From the NCBI GenBank assembly GCA_964420555.1, contig CAYQTT010000005.1:232326-296325 (forward strand): a stretch of 64,000 bases of DNA, in the 5' to 3' direction. Shown here piece after piece: positions 1 to 10,361 of this stretch. This DNA is from an uncultured Lentimicrobiaceae bacterium (GTDB taxonomy: Bacteria; Bacteroidota; Bacteroidia; Bacteroidales; UBA4417). Under the pieces are notes generated by a model. The model saw nothing but the letters and a program-made list of their open reading frames with translations, was not told the DNA's origin and did not search any database. Positions within the stretch are counted from its first letter, which is position 1. Each line of letters starts with the position of its first letter. The position numbers and the translations under genes were made by a program.

Positions 1-1
1 A

Positions 2-721
2 ACAAAAACCATCGAGAACTTCTATAACGAAGCAAGCACTTTTTCAGCAACAAACAACACTCTCGAGAAATTTGAGAAAGCTGTTAAAGATAAAGGGATG
101 AACCTTCGCAAAGCTGAAAAGCTTTCTGAAAATGATAATACCATACCAGGTCTTAAACTGGCACGCGAAGTTGTGCGCTGGTCATTCAACGAGGAAACTG
201 AAAAAGGTACTGTTTCCAATGTTTTCGATATCGAAGGCGTATATGTTGTAGCTGCGCTTAAGAATAAAGTCGAAAAAGGCATTGTGCCATTGGAAGTGTT
301 GAAAGAATCAATTAAACCTTTAGTACTCCGCGAAAAGAAAGCCGAATTCATATCTAAGAAAGTAAACAATCAGTTTGCTAAGCTTAAAGATGTAAATGCT
401 CTTATCCAGGAGTTCCCGAATATCAGGATCGATACTGTGGATGTGTCATTTGCAAGTGCCAATATCCCTAACTATGGTCACGAAGCAAAACTTACAGGTA
501 AAATATTTGCAGCTAAAAAAGGTGATATCGTAGGCCCGGTTCAAGGTGAACAGGCTGTATATGTATTCATCCTAGACGCGGTAAAAGATGCACCTGCAAC
601 CGCTGATTTCACTAACCAGAAAAAGCAGATGGAACTATACTTTCAGGGTCGTGCCGGTATGCTATCTAATATCCTTCAGGAAAAAGCCGAAATAGAAGAT
701 AACCGTTTAATGTTCTATTAA
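2..721 (+). CDS. C-terminal part of a PpiD/SurA-like periplasmic chaperone / peptidyl-prolyl isomerase (5' end lies outside the window)
   Basis: The reading frame is open from position 2, upstream of the listed ATG at 98. The C-terminal region ends in IEDNRLMFY, as in Bacteroidota PpiD-type proteins. A strong hairpin terminator follows. Confidence 0.45.
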   Translation, partial: TKTIENFYNEASTFSATNNTLEKFEKAVKDKGMNLRKAEKLSENDNTIPGLKLAREVVRWSFNEETEKGTVSNVFDIEGVYVVAALKNKVEKGIVPLEVLKESIKPLVLREKKAEFISKKVNNQFAKLKDVNALIQEFPNIRIDTVDVSFASANIPNYGHEAKLTGKIFAAKKGDIVGPVQGEQAVYVFILDAVKDAPATADFTNQKKQMELYFQGRAGMLSNILQEKAEIEDNRLMFY

Positions 722-742
722 ACCATTTCATTCCAATACAAA

Positions 743-778
743 AATGCCGCTTCAGATTTTGAGGCGGCATTTTTTATT
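743..778 (+). terminator. Rho-independent terminator
   Basis: A 9-13 bp stem (AAAATGCCGCTTC / GAGGCGGCATTTT) with a 7-nt loop is followed by a T-run, 22 nt after the stop codon. Confidence 0.7.
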
Positions 779-1095
779 TGCAGGAGAATATTCCGCGGTA
801 AATCAGTGTATTCCAGTTACATGAAAAGTACTTAATCGTGTCGTATAAGATGGAGTGTGCAGATGGCTATATTCCTGTGTCATCTGATTGGAAATCCAAA
901 TCAGAGACTTTATAATTAATACCAGATTGAACTATACAGCAGCTCAATTAAAATTGGTATAAATCACTACTTCGGTACTTTTACCCTGCTGAATTAAGCT
1001 GGATTTTATGGTGGTTGTATAGTTTTGTTACCAATACTTTTATTTAACCATTTAACTGATCGAAAATTAAAGTTATAAGAGTAGAGACCAGTTTA

Positions 1096-2355
1096 TTACA
1101 CCAGTTGCAGCCTGTTCGAGTCCTGTTTAATAAATATGAACAGCAGTAAAGTAAACGCCCATAGCGATGATCCCCCATAACTGAAGAAAGGCAATGGGAT
1201 GCCGATGACAGGCATAAGGCCTATAGTCATACCGATATTCACAAAAAAGTGGAAAAACAGTATAGAAGCAACGCCATACCCATATATGCGGCTGAATTCC
1301 GATCGTTGTCGCTCGGCTAGCAGAATAATCCTTATGCATAGTAAAAGATATAGCAAAACAACAACTAAAGCACCAACAAATCCCCATTCTTCGCCAACCG
1401 TACAAAAGATGAAATCGGTACTCTGCTCAGGGACAAAGTTGAATTTAGTCTGTGTGCCGTTAAGGAATCCTTTGCCCCAGAACCCACCCGAACCGATAGC
1501 AATTTTCGATTGGTTTACATTGTACCCAGCTCCTTTAAGGTCAATCTGTTTGCCAAGCAGCACATTGATACGCGTTTTCTGATGATCTTCGAGCACTTTT
1601 TCGAAGGCATAATCCACACTTAAAACAAACAGTGTCGCAACAATAAAAATTGCAGTAACAGTGATGATATTGCGCAAGGTGCGGCGTATAAAAAAAATAA
1701 ACCCAGCCAGAAGCACTCCGATAACCGAAATAACAATAAACTGGTTAAAGAGCAGGGCCATAATTGTAAGAATTACAACAGCAAGGCCAAGCAGGAGAAT
1801 ACTCCCGGGCATTCCCTGCCTGTAAAGAACAAGGATAAGGGAGGCATAAACTATTGCCGATCCTGTGTCATTCTGTAGCAGGATTAAAAGTGAAGGAATA
1901 ATCAGGATAATCACCGGAATGATTTGGGATTTACGCTTTCGCTTATCAAAATCAAGGGCGCTTAAAAAATGTGCTAATGCCAGGTTGGTAGCAAACTTGG
2001 CGAATTCTGCAGGTTGCAGTCGGAACTCCCCGATTTGAAACCACGATTTTGATCCGGCTATTTCCGTCCCGAAAAACAATACTACCACAAGCAGAAGGAT
2101 TGTCCCAATATATATAGGATAAGCGAAAGCATTAAAAAATTTGGCATCGGTTAGTATTACCAGGAAAGCGATTATCAGCGAAGTAACAATCCAAAGCATC
2201 TGCTTTCCATACGACTGCGAAAGGTCGAAAATGCTGCCATGTTCCTCGTTATAAACAGCTGCATAAATACTTACCCATCCCATTAGCACCAGCGTGAGAT
2301 ATAGAAGCACAAGTGTGCGGTCGATGTGTCGGAATAACCCTTTTTGCTCTTTCAA
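1096..2355 (-). CDS. rodA: SEDS-family peptidoglycan polymerase RodA
   Basis: 419 aa polytopic membrane protein with SEDS motifs (GSGGFWGKG, STDFIFC..GEEWGF, PLPFFSYGGSS). It overlaps the upstream PBP2 gene by 4 nt. Confidence 0.85.
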   Translation of the reverse strand: MKEQKGLFRHIDRTLVLLYLTLVLMGWVSIYAAVYNEEHGSIFDLSQSYGKQMLWIVTSLIIAFLVILTDAKFFNAFAYPIYIGTILLLVVVLFFGTEIAGSKSWFQIGEFRLQPAEFAKFATNLALAHFLSALDFDKRKRKSQIIPVIILIIPSLLILLQNDTGSAIVYASLILVLYRQGMPGSILLLGLAVVILTIMALLFNQFIVISVIGVLLAGFIFFIRRTLRNIITVTAIFIVATLFVLSVDYAFEKVLEDHQKTRINVLLGKQIDLKGAGYNVNQSKIAIGSGGFWGKGFLNGTQTKFNFVPEQSTDFIFCTVGEEWGFVGALVVVLLYLLLCIRIILLAERQRSEFSRIYGYGVASILFFHFFVNIGMTIGLMPVIGIPLPFFSYGGSSLWAFTLLLFIFIKQDSNRLQLV

Positions 2356-4169
2356 TTGTTCAGCAGGTTTGTTTCAATCATTCTGGTTTCAAGGTCTTTA
2401 CGACTAATTTTACGGGTAATATATTTTTCAATCAATAAGGTTGCAATAGGAGCCGCGTAAGTAGAACCAAAACCTGCATTTTCTACAATAACACAGATAG
2501 CAATTTTGGGATTTTCAACTGGTGCGAAAGCAATAAAATTTGAATGCGGTTTGCCGTGAGGGTTGTCAGCAGTTCCTGTTTTTCCGGCCATAGTAATACT
2601 GTCTAATTTCCAGGCTCTGGCTGTTCCGTGCGAGCCTTCAAAAACTTCAATCATTCCATCACGCACAACCTGAATGTATTCATCGTCAATAGTAGTAACC
2701 TGCTTTTGCGAAGAGAATCTGGTTTTGTTTTTTTCATTTGAAACAGAACGCACCACGTGGGGTGGATAGAAGAAGCCTCCGTTAGCAACGATTGATGCGT
2801 AATTAACAAGTTGAAGCGGAGTAGTAAGAACTTCGCCCTGTCCGATGGACAATGAGCGGATTGTCATTGCATTCCAACGACCTTTACCGTATATTTTATC
2901 GAAAACTTCGGAGGATGGGAGGTTCCCTTTCAATTCGAAAGCAAGGTCAGTTTCCAGAGTGCGGCCAAACCCCATACTCATCATGTGGCCACGCCAAACT
3001 TCGTAGCGTTCTTTTACCGTTTGATAATTAGGATCATTCATAATTGCCCTGAAAACCTGCCAGTGAAAAGGATTGCACGATTGCTGAATAGCAGTGTAAA
3101 CATCAAGCGGCGACACATGGCTATGCGTACATCTGATAGGCGATGAGCCTGGCCCCTGGCATGTATAGCGTGTTTCTTTGGTTATTACTCCCATTTGCAA
3201 GCCAACCATATCAGTAGCCATTTTAAACGTAGAGCCGGGAGGATATTGCCCCATAATTGCACGGTTATACAAAGGTTTAATGGGATCTGAATTCAGCCGG
3301 GCATAATTTTTACCCCTGACCCTTCCGACCAACAGATTAGGGTCGTATCCCGGTGTTGACAGAAAACAAAGTATTTCGCCAGTTGACGGATCAATTGCAA
3401 CTATACTTCCGCGTTTATTTGCCATCAGTTTTTCGCCGTATTCCTGCAGATCGGCATCAATTCCGGTGTAAAGATCGTTGCCCATTACCGAAGCTGTATC
3501 GTAACGGCCATTTTCAAAACTTCCTACGTCGCGGTTAAAAACATCAACCATCCGGATTTTTAATCCTTTTATTCCGCGAAGCTCTGTTTCATATGCCCTT
3601 TCAATTCCACTTATACCAATATAATCACCTTGTTTGTAATAAGGTTTTTTTTCGACCTGTGATGGGGTTACCTCACCAATATACCCAAGCAGGTGTGCGC
3701 CGATTGACATAGGGTATTTTCGCAATGTACGGGGCTGAACAAAAAATCCCCGGTAGCGGTATAGTTTCTCTTCGATATATCCGAATGTTTCTTTCGAAAT
3801 TTGCTTTTCGAAAGCCGATGCCAGCATAGGTGAATAATCGCGCGCTTTCTTCATCCGCTCAGCAAAGCCCTCGGGGGTTATATCGAGTAAGCGGCATATT
3901 TCGGCAGTATCAATATCTTTAACCTGGCGCGGAATTACCATTAAATCGTAAACAGCCTCATTGTAAACAAGTAATTTTCCGTTGCGGTCGTAAATTAATC
4001 CACGGGCTGGAAACTGGGTAACATAGCGCAAAACATTGTTATTAGCGGAAAGCGTGTAACTCCTGTCTATAACCTGTATGTAAAACAGACGTACCAGATA
4101 AATAAATCCAATAATCAGAAATGTGCTGATAATCACTATTTTACGATCGGCATAAATGCGACTGGCCAT
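2352..4169 (-). CDS. mrdA: Penicillin-binding protein 2 (class B transpeptidase)
   Basis: Single N-terminal TM helix, SxxK motif (GSTFKM) and KTG motif (GKTGTA). Start re-called to MASRIY (ATG at 4169) because a TATTTTTG -7 box lies at 4220-4227, inside the longer ORF-track version (start 4244). Confidence 0.85.
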   Translation of the reverse strand: MASRIYADRKIVIISTFLIIGFIYLVRLFYIQVIDRSYTLSANNNVLRYVTQFPARGLIYDRNGKLLVYNEAVYDLMVIPRQVKDIDTAEICRLLDITPEGFAERMKKARDYSPMLASAFEKQISKETFGYIEEKLYRYRGFFVQPRTLRKYPMSIGAHLLGYIGEVTPSQVEKKPYYKQGDYIGISGIERAYETELRGIKGLKIRMVDVFNRDVGSFENGRYDTASVMGNDLYTGIDADLQEYGEKLMANKRGSIVAIDPSTGEILCFLSTPGYDPNLLVGRVRGKNYARLNSDPIKPLYNRAIMGQYPPGSTFKMATDMVGLQMGVITKETRYTCQGPGSSPIRCTHSHVSPLDVYTAIQQSCNPFHWQVFRAIMNDPNYQTVKERYEVWRGHMMSMGFGRTLETDLAFELKGNLPSSEVFDKIYGKGRWNAMTIRSLSIGQGEVLTTPLQLVNYASIVANGGFFYPPHVVRSVSNEKNKTRFSSQKQVTTIDDEYIQVVRDGMIEVFEGSHGTARAWKLDSITMAGKTGTADNPHGKPHSNFIAFAPVENPKIAICVIVENAGFGSTYAAPIATLLIEKYITRKISRKDLETRMIETNLLNN

Positions 4170-4219
4170 TGAAGAAAATAAATTGAGCGCTAAACAGTTA
4201 AAGATGGTGATTAGGTATG

Positions 4220-4227
4220 CAAAAATA
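4220..4227 (-). promoter_or_regulatory. Bacteroidota -7 box TAnnTTTG (TATTTTTG) for mrdA-rodA
   Basis: Exact motif match 51 nt upstream of the ATG at 4169. Confidence 0.4.
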
Positions 4228-4401
4228 CAGAATACACCATTCAAATATTGTATTATCCGAATATAATTATCGGTGCTTTAAAGAATATTTCCATCATGCT
4301 TTCAAGACATAAAAGCTGAGGTAAATTAACCTGATCACGCTAAATCGGAAAGGAATTTTATCTCAAAATTTTACTTATTAATGTTTTGTAACAAAATAAT
4401 G

Positions 4402-4409
4402 TATATTTG
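4402..4409 (+). promoter_or_regulatory. Bacteroidota -7 box TAnnTTTG (TATATTTG) for the tnaA leader
   Basis: Exact motif match about 148 nt upstream of the tnaA ATG and 35 nt upstream of a 21-codon uORF. Confidence 0.4.
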
Positions 4410-4556
4410 GCACTTCAGAATGGGGTAAACTACATCTTGCATCATGTCGGGAATCAGGAAATTTATATTCAGGAATATTAAAAGACGCGATGAATTCGAG
4501 TCTTTATAACTATTTGAATTATAAAATCTTAATTTCCTATTTAATACAATTAGAAC

Positions 4557-5933
4557 ATGGAATTACCTTTTGCAGAACCTTACAGGATAAAAATGGTGGA
4601 GTCCATCCACCCAAGTACCCGCGAACAACGCGAACAATGGATAAAAAAAACCGGTTACAACTTATTTAATCTTCGCAGCGATCAGGTTTTTATCGACCTG
4701 CTGACCGATTCGGGCACCGGTGCCATGAGCGACAAACAATGGAGTGAAATGATGCTCGGCGACGAAAGCTATGCCGGTGCTTCATCCTATTATAAACTGA
4801 AATCAGCTATTAAGGAATTGCTGGGTTTCGAATATTTTCTGCCTACACATCAGGGCCGCGCTGCCGAAAATGTGCTCTTCAGCGCATTGGTAAAAGAAGG
4901 AAACGTTGTTCCTGGAAATTCACACTTCGATACAACCAAAGGACATATTGAATTCCGCAAGGCAACAGCTATCGATTGTACTATCGATGAGGCATTTGAT
5001 ACAACCATCAACCATCCCTTCAAGGGAAATATCGACCTCGGTAAACTGGAAGATGTTCTGAAAAAATATCCCAGGGCGCAAGTTCCTATGATTATCGTTA
5101 CTATTACCTGCAACTCATCAGGTGGTCAGCCGGTTTCGATGGCTAATATCAAGGACGTGAAGCAACTAGCTCAGAAATACAATGTCCCTGTTATTTTCGA
5201 TTCTGCACGTTTTGCTGAGAACGCTTATTTTATAAAAATACGCGAAGACGGCCAGCAGGACCGCAGCATTCGCGAAATTGTAGCCGAAATGTTTTCCTAC
5301 GCCGATGGCATGACCATGAGCAGCAAGAAAGACGCTATAGTTAATATTGGCGGTTTTATTGCGCTTCGCGATCCTGAACTTCATCGCCAGGCTTCCGTAT
5401 TCAATATTATGTTCGAAGGTTTTCTTACTTACGGCGGACTTGCAGGGCGCGATCTGAATGCCATGGCCCAGGGTTTGTATGAAGCTACTGAATTTGAATA
5501 CCTGAAATCACGCGTAGGGCAGGTAGCTTTGCTTGGGAGCAAACTTACCGGGTTTGGTGTTCCTGTTCAGCAACCCTATGGCGGACATGCCATATTTGTT
5601 GATGCAAGCAAAGTGCTTTCGCATATGCCTAAAGAGCATTTCAGGGCACAAACACTGGCTGTAGAACTGTATCTCGAAGCAGGGGTAAGGGGTGTCGAAA
5701 TAGGCGCTATTATGGCCGACCGCGATCCGGTAACCCGCGAAAACCGTTATCCGGCACTCGAATTGCTCAGGCTTGCCATTCCGCGCCGCACATATACCAA
5801 CGACCATATGAACTATGTGGCAGTTGCGATGGGTAATGTTTACGAACGCCGCCACGAGATTAAAACCGGACTGTCTATCGAGCAGGAAGCACCCATCCTC
5901 AGGCATTTTACGGTTAAGCTGCAGAAAATTTAA
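4557..5933 (+). CDS. tnaA: Tryptophanase (beta-eliminating lyase, PLP-dependent)
   Basis: 458 aa. FDTTKGH and DSARFAENAYFIK match tryptophanase rather than tyrosine phenol-lyase. PLP-lysine context is SSKKDAIVNIGG, and the C-terminus is LRHFTVKL. Confidence 0.85.
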   Translation: MELPFAEPYRIKMVESIHPSTREQREQWIKKTGYNLFNLRSDQVFIDLLTDSGTGAMSDKQWSEMMLGDESYAGASSYYKLKSAIKELLGFEYFLPTHQGRAAENVLFSALVKEGNVVPGNSHFDTTKGHIEFRKATAIDCTIDEAFDTTINHPFKGNIDLGKLEDVLKKYPRAQVPMIIVTITCNSSGGQPVSMANIKDVKQLAQKYNVPVIFDSARFAENAYFIKIREDGQQDRSIREIVAEMFSYADGMTMSSKKDAIVNIGGFIALRDPELHRQASVFNIMFEGFLTYGGLAGRDLNAMAQGLYEATEFEYLKSRVGQVALLGSKLTGFGVPVQQPYGGHAIFVDASKVLSHMPKEHFRAQTLAVELYLEAGVRGVEIGAIMADRDPVTRENRYPALELLRLAIPRRTYTNDHMNYVAVAMGNVYERRHEIKTGLSIEQEAPILRHFTVKLQKI

Positions 5934-6245
5934 GGGGAACAACTTGATTTTAGAAAGTCAATGGGAAAAAGTGCTAAAGAACTTTTGACTGTTGACTTTT
6001 CACTTTAGGTCTTAACTTATTATAATTTGACTTGCTTCATAAAACATAAAAATTCAGCTTTTAAAAATTCAGGTCAATTGTAATAGATAATCCTTCCCGA
6101 TTTACTTAACTTTACATGAAATATTTTTAATTACTTTGGGAGGTTTACGAATAAATAATACTTACAAAATATCAATTATATGTCATATGCCCGAAAAAAC
6201 ATTTTAATTATACTAAATATGAATATTAACCTAAATAATCTTAGT

Positions 6246-7796
6246 ATGAAAACTGTATTGTTAGTTGTAGCCTTTTTTATGGTCTTCACTTATACAAAAG
6301 CGCAATCCCAGTTCTTTGATCCTTCATTTAATAACTCTGGGTATAAAATTATTAACCTTACACCCTATAATGAAAGAACCGCTGAAGTAATAGTTCAGTC
6401 TGATGGTAAGATCCTTGTCTCAGGGGTTTATAGTTTTTTCAATTTCACAACGGGCTATGACTCAGTTGCAAGCTTTATTGCACGATATAATACGGATGGT
6501 AGTACGGATATGAATTTTAATTCCGGAGAAGCCGTATTTACAGATATTTATACTGATGTCTATTATTCAACAGCAAATATGGAATTGCTTGATGATGGTA
6601 AAATCCTTATTGTTGGCACAAAGAGTTTAACTGATTTTGACCAAATGTGTATTCAAAAATTTAATGCTGATGGTACACGGGATATAATGTTTGGCGACAA
6701 TGGCGAAAAAATAATATATAGCCCAAATGCATATTATTCGGTAGGTTATTGTTTAAAGATTCAGTTTGATGGCAAAATTGTCGTAGCTGGTTCCTCTGGG
6801 GGACAGCTTTTATTAGCCAGGTTATTGAGTGATGGTAACCTTGATCCTGATTTTGGATTTAATGGAACATCCTTGGTAAGTAATAATTATCCTATGCCGT
6901 ATAATTTGGGTTTTCTTTCAGATAATAAAATAGTAGTATCCGGTGATTCTGATGCATACCAAATTATGATTATGAAATTTAATGAGAACGGAACAGTGGA
7001 TAGTGGGTTTGGTACAAATGGCAAGAAACTTTTAAGGTATAATTATCATCATGATAATTATTCCTATGGGCTGGCAATTCAGGATGATGATAAAATTATT
7101 GTATCAGGTCATTCGAACGGTACCTGGTTATTATACCGGCTTAATCCAACCGATGGGACTCTTGATAATACATTTGGTGATAATGGTAGCGTTGTAAATA
7201 TTTTTAACCAATACAATGATAATATAGCAACTTCAGTCATTTTTATGCCTGATAAAAGAATCCTTGCAACAGGGAAATATAAGGTAGATCCTTATGAGTT
7301 GCGTTATAATCTTGTCATTATCCGTTATATGCCTGATGGGAGCAAAGACAGCACTTTTGGAATTAATGGAATGATAGAATTTGATTTTGGAAATAGTGTT
7401 GATTTTGGGAAATCCTCCTTTATTCAACCTGATGGTAAAATTGTGTGTTTGGGCTTTACTAAAGAAATGGAATTTGAAGAATTAAATATGGTTATTTTGC
7501 GATGCTCCGAATTCTCAAATGTGAGTCAGCCAGAAGCACAATCACAGGTAGAAATGATAATATATCCCAATCCGGCAAAAAATGTTGTTAATGTCAGCAT
7601 TTGGGTGCCATTTGCTGGAAACTACAACCTTACATTGCAAACAATTGAAGGCAAATCGATTCAATCATGCCAGAAAGGCCTACAATTTGGCTATAATACA
7701 TTTGATTACTCTATTGACAAAATCCCCTTAGGCGCCTATTTGCTTACTGTGACAGGCAAAAACATGAAAGCAGCACGAAAACTGATGATTCGTTAA
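6246..7796 (+). CDS. Secreted delta-60-repeat (beta-propeller-like) protein with a T9SS C-terminal sorting domain
   Basis: Signal peptide MKTVLLVVAFFMVFTYTKAQ. At least 7 copies of D-x-x-F-G-x-N/D-G occur every 55-60 aa. C-terminal domain is IIYPNPAKNVVNVS...LMIR. Start re-called from 6180. The gene is visibly AT-rich. Confidence 0.7.
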   Translation: MKTVLLVVAFFMVFTYTKAQSQFFDPSFNNSGYKIINLTPYNERTAEVIVQSDGKILVSGVYSFFNFTTGYDSVASFIARYNTDGSTDMNFNSGEAVFTDIYTDVYYSTANMELLDDGKILIVGTKSLTDFDQMCIQKFNADGTRDIMFGDNGEKIIYSPNAYYSVGYCLKIQFDGKIVVAGSSGGQLLLARLLSDGNLDPDFGFNGTSLVSNNYPMPYNLGFLSDNKIVVSGDSDAYQIMIMKFNENGTVDSGFGTNGKKLLRYNYHHDNYSYGLAIQDDDKIIVSGHSNGTWLLYRLNPTDGTLDNTFGDNGSVVNIFNQYNDNIATSVIFMPDKRILATGKYKVDPYELRYNLVIIRYMPDGSKDSTFGINGMIEFDFGNSVDFGKSSFIQPDGKIVCLGFTKEMEFEELNMVILRCSEFSNVSQPEAQSQVEMIIYPNPAKNVVNVSIWVPFAGNYNLTLQTIEGKSIQSCQKGLQFGYNTFDYSIDKIPLGAYLLTVTGKNMKAARKLMIR

Positions 7797-8054
7797 TTAT
7801 TCATCGACAACTCTCTTTGGATTTGAAATTAGGGGAAGGGAAATACAATAGTTTCTCTATTAATACTTCTGCATTTCTAGATAGATTTAAAAAATGTTGG
7901 TTTGCGAATCATCCTGAAGTAAAAAAATTAGAAATATAATTTGATGGAGAAAGGTAAATGTAAAAGTGGGAAATGCTCTTTTAACTTATGACCTTAATTT
8001 CTGCTTCAACCCACAATCCGCAATTCGCATTCCCCAATCAACCATATTTCTTTG

Positions 8055-8062
8055 TAACTTTG
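8055..8062 (+). promoter_or_regulatory. -7 box TAACTTTG
   Basis: Exact TAnnTTTG match 18 nt upstream of the ATG at 8081, with a TTTG immediately upstream. Confidence 0.45.
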
Positions 8063-8080
8063 TTGGCTATTTTTTAATGC

Positions 8081-8545
8081 ATGGACGAATCGAAAAAAGA
8101 AGGCCGTTACCAGCGTATCATAAGTCAGCTCGAAGGTTTGCTCACCAAAACTACCGATCCGGTGGCCAGGATGGCGACTATTGCGGCTGTGTTAAGTCAT
8201 AAGTTTGATTACTTCTTCTGGTGCGGTTTTTATTTAGTACATGATGATAAACTGATTGTTGGCCCATATCAGGGACCAGTTGCCTGTCAGGTTTTGCAAG
8301 GTGCAGGCGTTTGTTTTGCAGCAGTAAATCAAAATCAAACTATAGTTGTACCGGATGTACATAAATTTCCGGGACATATTGCCTGCGATTCGCGTTCCAA
8401 CTCCGAAATAGTCGTGCCTGTGCGTAATCCTGAAGGTAAAATCTTGGCCGTGCTTGACGTTGACAGTGCAGCGTTTGGTTCCTTCGATCAGGTGGATAGG
8501 GCTCAACTCGAAGTGATAACAGCAATGGTTTATTCCTCCTATTAA
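8081..8545 (+). CDS. msrC: GAF-domain free methionine-(R)-sulfoxide reductase
   Basis: 154 aa. GPYQGPVACQVLQGAGVCFAAV and VPDVHKFPGHIACDSRSNSEIVVP match the YebR/fRMsr family signature. Confidence 0.75.
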   Translation: MDESKKEGRYQRIISQLEGLLTKTTDPVARMATIAAVLSHKFDYFFWCGFYLVHDDKLIVGPYQGPVACQVLQGAGVCFAAVNQNQTIVVPDVHKFPGHIACDSRSNSEIVVPVRNPEGKILAVLDVDSAAFGSFDQVDRAQLEVITAMVYSSY

Positions 8546-8560
8546 CATTATCCGCTGACA

Positions 8561-9124
8561 ATGAATAACTTCGAAATAGTAATTCTGGCATTGGCTTTAG
8601 TTTTCAACTCGTGGTCCACATACCTCAATGCTGGAATTTCATTGTCGGACGAACTATTGATCCGTAAGATAAGGTATTCCGGAATTATGTTCTTCGTTCA
8701 GTTTATTATGGCTGGAGCAGGGATATGGATTGGTTTCAAAACCGGTAGCCTCGAAGTACGGGTAAATATGGCAATCAGTCTCAGCATAATGCTGATTTTC
8801 GGACTGAAAGTGTTGCTCACAGGTATTAAAACTTCTATGGATGAAAAGTCTTTTGACTATACTGACTTAAAAGTTACATTCCTGGCATCCTTGGCTGAGG
8901 GAATAACACCTTTAGCAATCGGGATTGCTGTCGGGCTTCTTTCAATGTCTCCATACATGCACTGGCTGATTACAGGAACTATTTTGCTTGCGGGCATCGT
9001 TTCTGGGCTTATCGTTTCGGCGCGGATGAGAAATGAATCTTTCAAACTCAGGTTTGGACCAATTGGCGGACTACTGCTTTTGGCTGCTTCTATACATATG
9101 GCGACTAAACTGATAGGCTTTTAG
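8561..9124 (+). CDS. MntP/DUF204-like six-TM membrane protein (divergent)
   Basis: 187 aa. Length, topology and block order resemble the Mn efflux pump MntP. The first family Asp motif is not conserved (NSWSTY) and the second appears as LAEG. Confidence 0.4.
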   Translation: MNNFEIVILALALVFNSWSTYLNAGISLSDELLIRKIRYSGIMFFVQFIMAGAGIWIGFKTGSLEVRVNMAISLSIMLIFGLKVLLTGIKTSMDEKSFDYTDLKVTFLASLAEGITPLAIGIAVGLLSMSPYMHWLITGTILLAGIVSGLIVSARMRNESFKLRFGPIGGLLLLAASIHMATKLIGF

Positions 9125-9185
9125 CATACATTAAATACATAGTAATTCTCATTCTTTAATAAAAATCACTTAATCAACATACTAA

Positions 9186-10253
9186 ATGAATCGCACTTTA
9201 CTTGTCCTCCTGGTAATAACCATTTTTGCAACGTCCAAAGCTCAGCCACCACAAGGGTATTATAATCCGGCAGCTGGAAAAACAGGAACAGCTTTGCAAC
9301 AGGCACTTCACGATATAATTGACAACCACACTTCGGTTTCTTATAATTCGTTGTGGACACATTTTAAAACAACTGATAAAAAACCAAACGGAAAGGTTTG
9401 GGATATGTATTCAGATATCCCGGGTGGCACTCCTCCGTATGAATTTACTTTTGTTAATGATCAGTGCGGGAGTTACAGTGGTGAAAGCGATTGTTACAAC
9501 CGCGAACATTCATGGCCTAAAAGCTGGTTTAACGATAACCTCCCGATGAATACGGATATGTTCCATTTGGTTCCTACGGATGGATATGTGAACGGAAAAC
9601 GTTCGAATTATCCGTTTGGTAAGGTAGGTGCCGCATCGTGGACTTCTTTGAATGGTTCAAAACTAGGCAGTTGCATTACGCCGGGATATACTGGCGTTGT
9701 GTTCGAACCTCGCGATGAATACAAAGGCGACTTTGCCCGTAACTATTTCTACATGGCTACGCGTTACTACAACGAGGACAGCGGCTGGCCCGGAAGCGAT
9801 ATGGTAACAGGCTCGCAGTTTAAACCCTGGGCAAAAGCAATGCTTCTTATCTGGGCGCAGACTGATCCTGTTTCACAAAAGGAAATTGACAGGAACAATG
9901 CCATTTACAACATTCAGAATAACCGCAACCCGTTTATCGACCATCCCGAATATGCCAACAGTATCTGGGGAACCAATACAGGTATTTTTGATGAGCAAGC
10001 GCAGATAGCATTACAGGTTTATCCTAATCCGGCATCTTCCGTATGCACAATTACCCTTCCTCCGGAGTTCAATCAACAAAACTATACTTTTACTGTTTAT
10101 TCATCAACTGGTTTACCGGTACAAACCAATCTTACAGTTACCGGCGATAAGGCCAGTATGAATGTGGAGGATTTACCTTCAGGATTTTACCTTATACGGC
10201 TTGCTTTGAATGATTACAAAACACTTTACCAGGCAAGGATTATCAGGAAGTAA
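9186..10253 (+). CDS. Extracellular endonuclease I family nuclease with a T9SS C-terminal sorting domain
   Basis: Signal peptide. Endonuclease_1 motifs are YNREHSWPKSWF, DMFHLVPTDGYVNGKRSNYPFG and NRNPFIDHPEYA. C-terminal domain is LQVYPNPASS...RIIRK. Confidence 0.8.
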   Translation: MNRTLLVLLVITIFATSKAQPPQGYYNPAAGKTGTALQQALHDIIDNHTSVSYNSLWTHFKTTDKKPNGKVWDMYSDIPGGTPPYEFTFVNDQCGSYSGESDCYNREHSWPKSWFNDNLPMNTDMFHLVPTDGYVNGKRSNYPFGKVGAASWTSLNGSKLGSCITPGYTGVVFEPRDEYKGDFARNYFYMATRYYNEDSGWPGSDMVTGSQFKPWAKAMLLIWAQTDPVSQKEIDRNNAIYNIQNNRNPFIDHPEYANSIWGTNTGIFDEQAQIALQVYPNPASSVCTITLPPEFNQQNYTFTVYSSTGLPVQTNLTVTGDKASMNVEDLPSGFYLIRLALNDYKTLYQARIIRK

Positions 10254-10361
10254 TAGTTTCAGGAATTATGAAGCGATTTCTTTCATTTCAAAAGCATTTG
10301 ATTCAGATCAGAAATAATCAGCTTCTGCAAGAAATAACTACAAATAATTAAAATCTACTTC

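Noticed and set aside
884-905. Small imperfect hairpin (CTGATTGG-aaa-TCCAAATCAG) in the 315-nt spacer between the convergent ppiD-like and rodA genes, considered as a possible sRNA or terminator.
   Set aside because: The stem has a bulge, there is no U-run on either strand, and nothing else in the spacer looks structured or conserved. The evidence is insufficient.
8561-9124. Calling this gene a bona fide manganese exporter (mntP).
   Set aside because: Topology and block order fit DUF204. However, the acidic residue of the first family motif is replaced (NSWSTY) and only a Glu is present in the second. I therefore keep only a family-level, low-confidence call.
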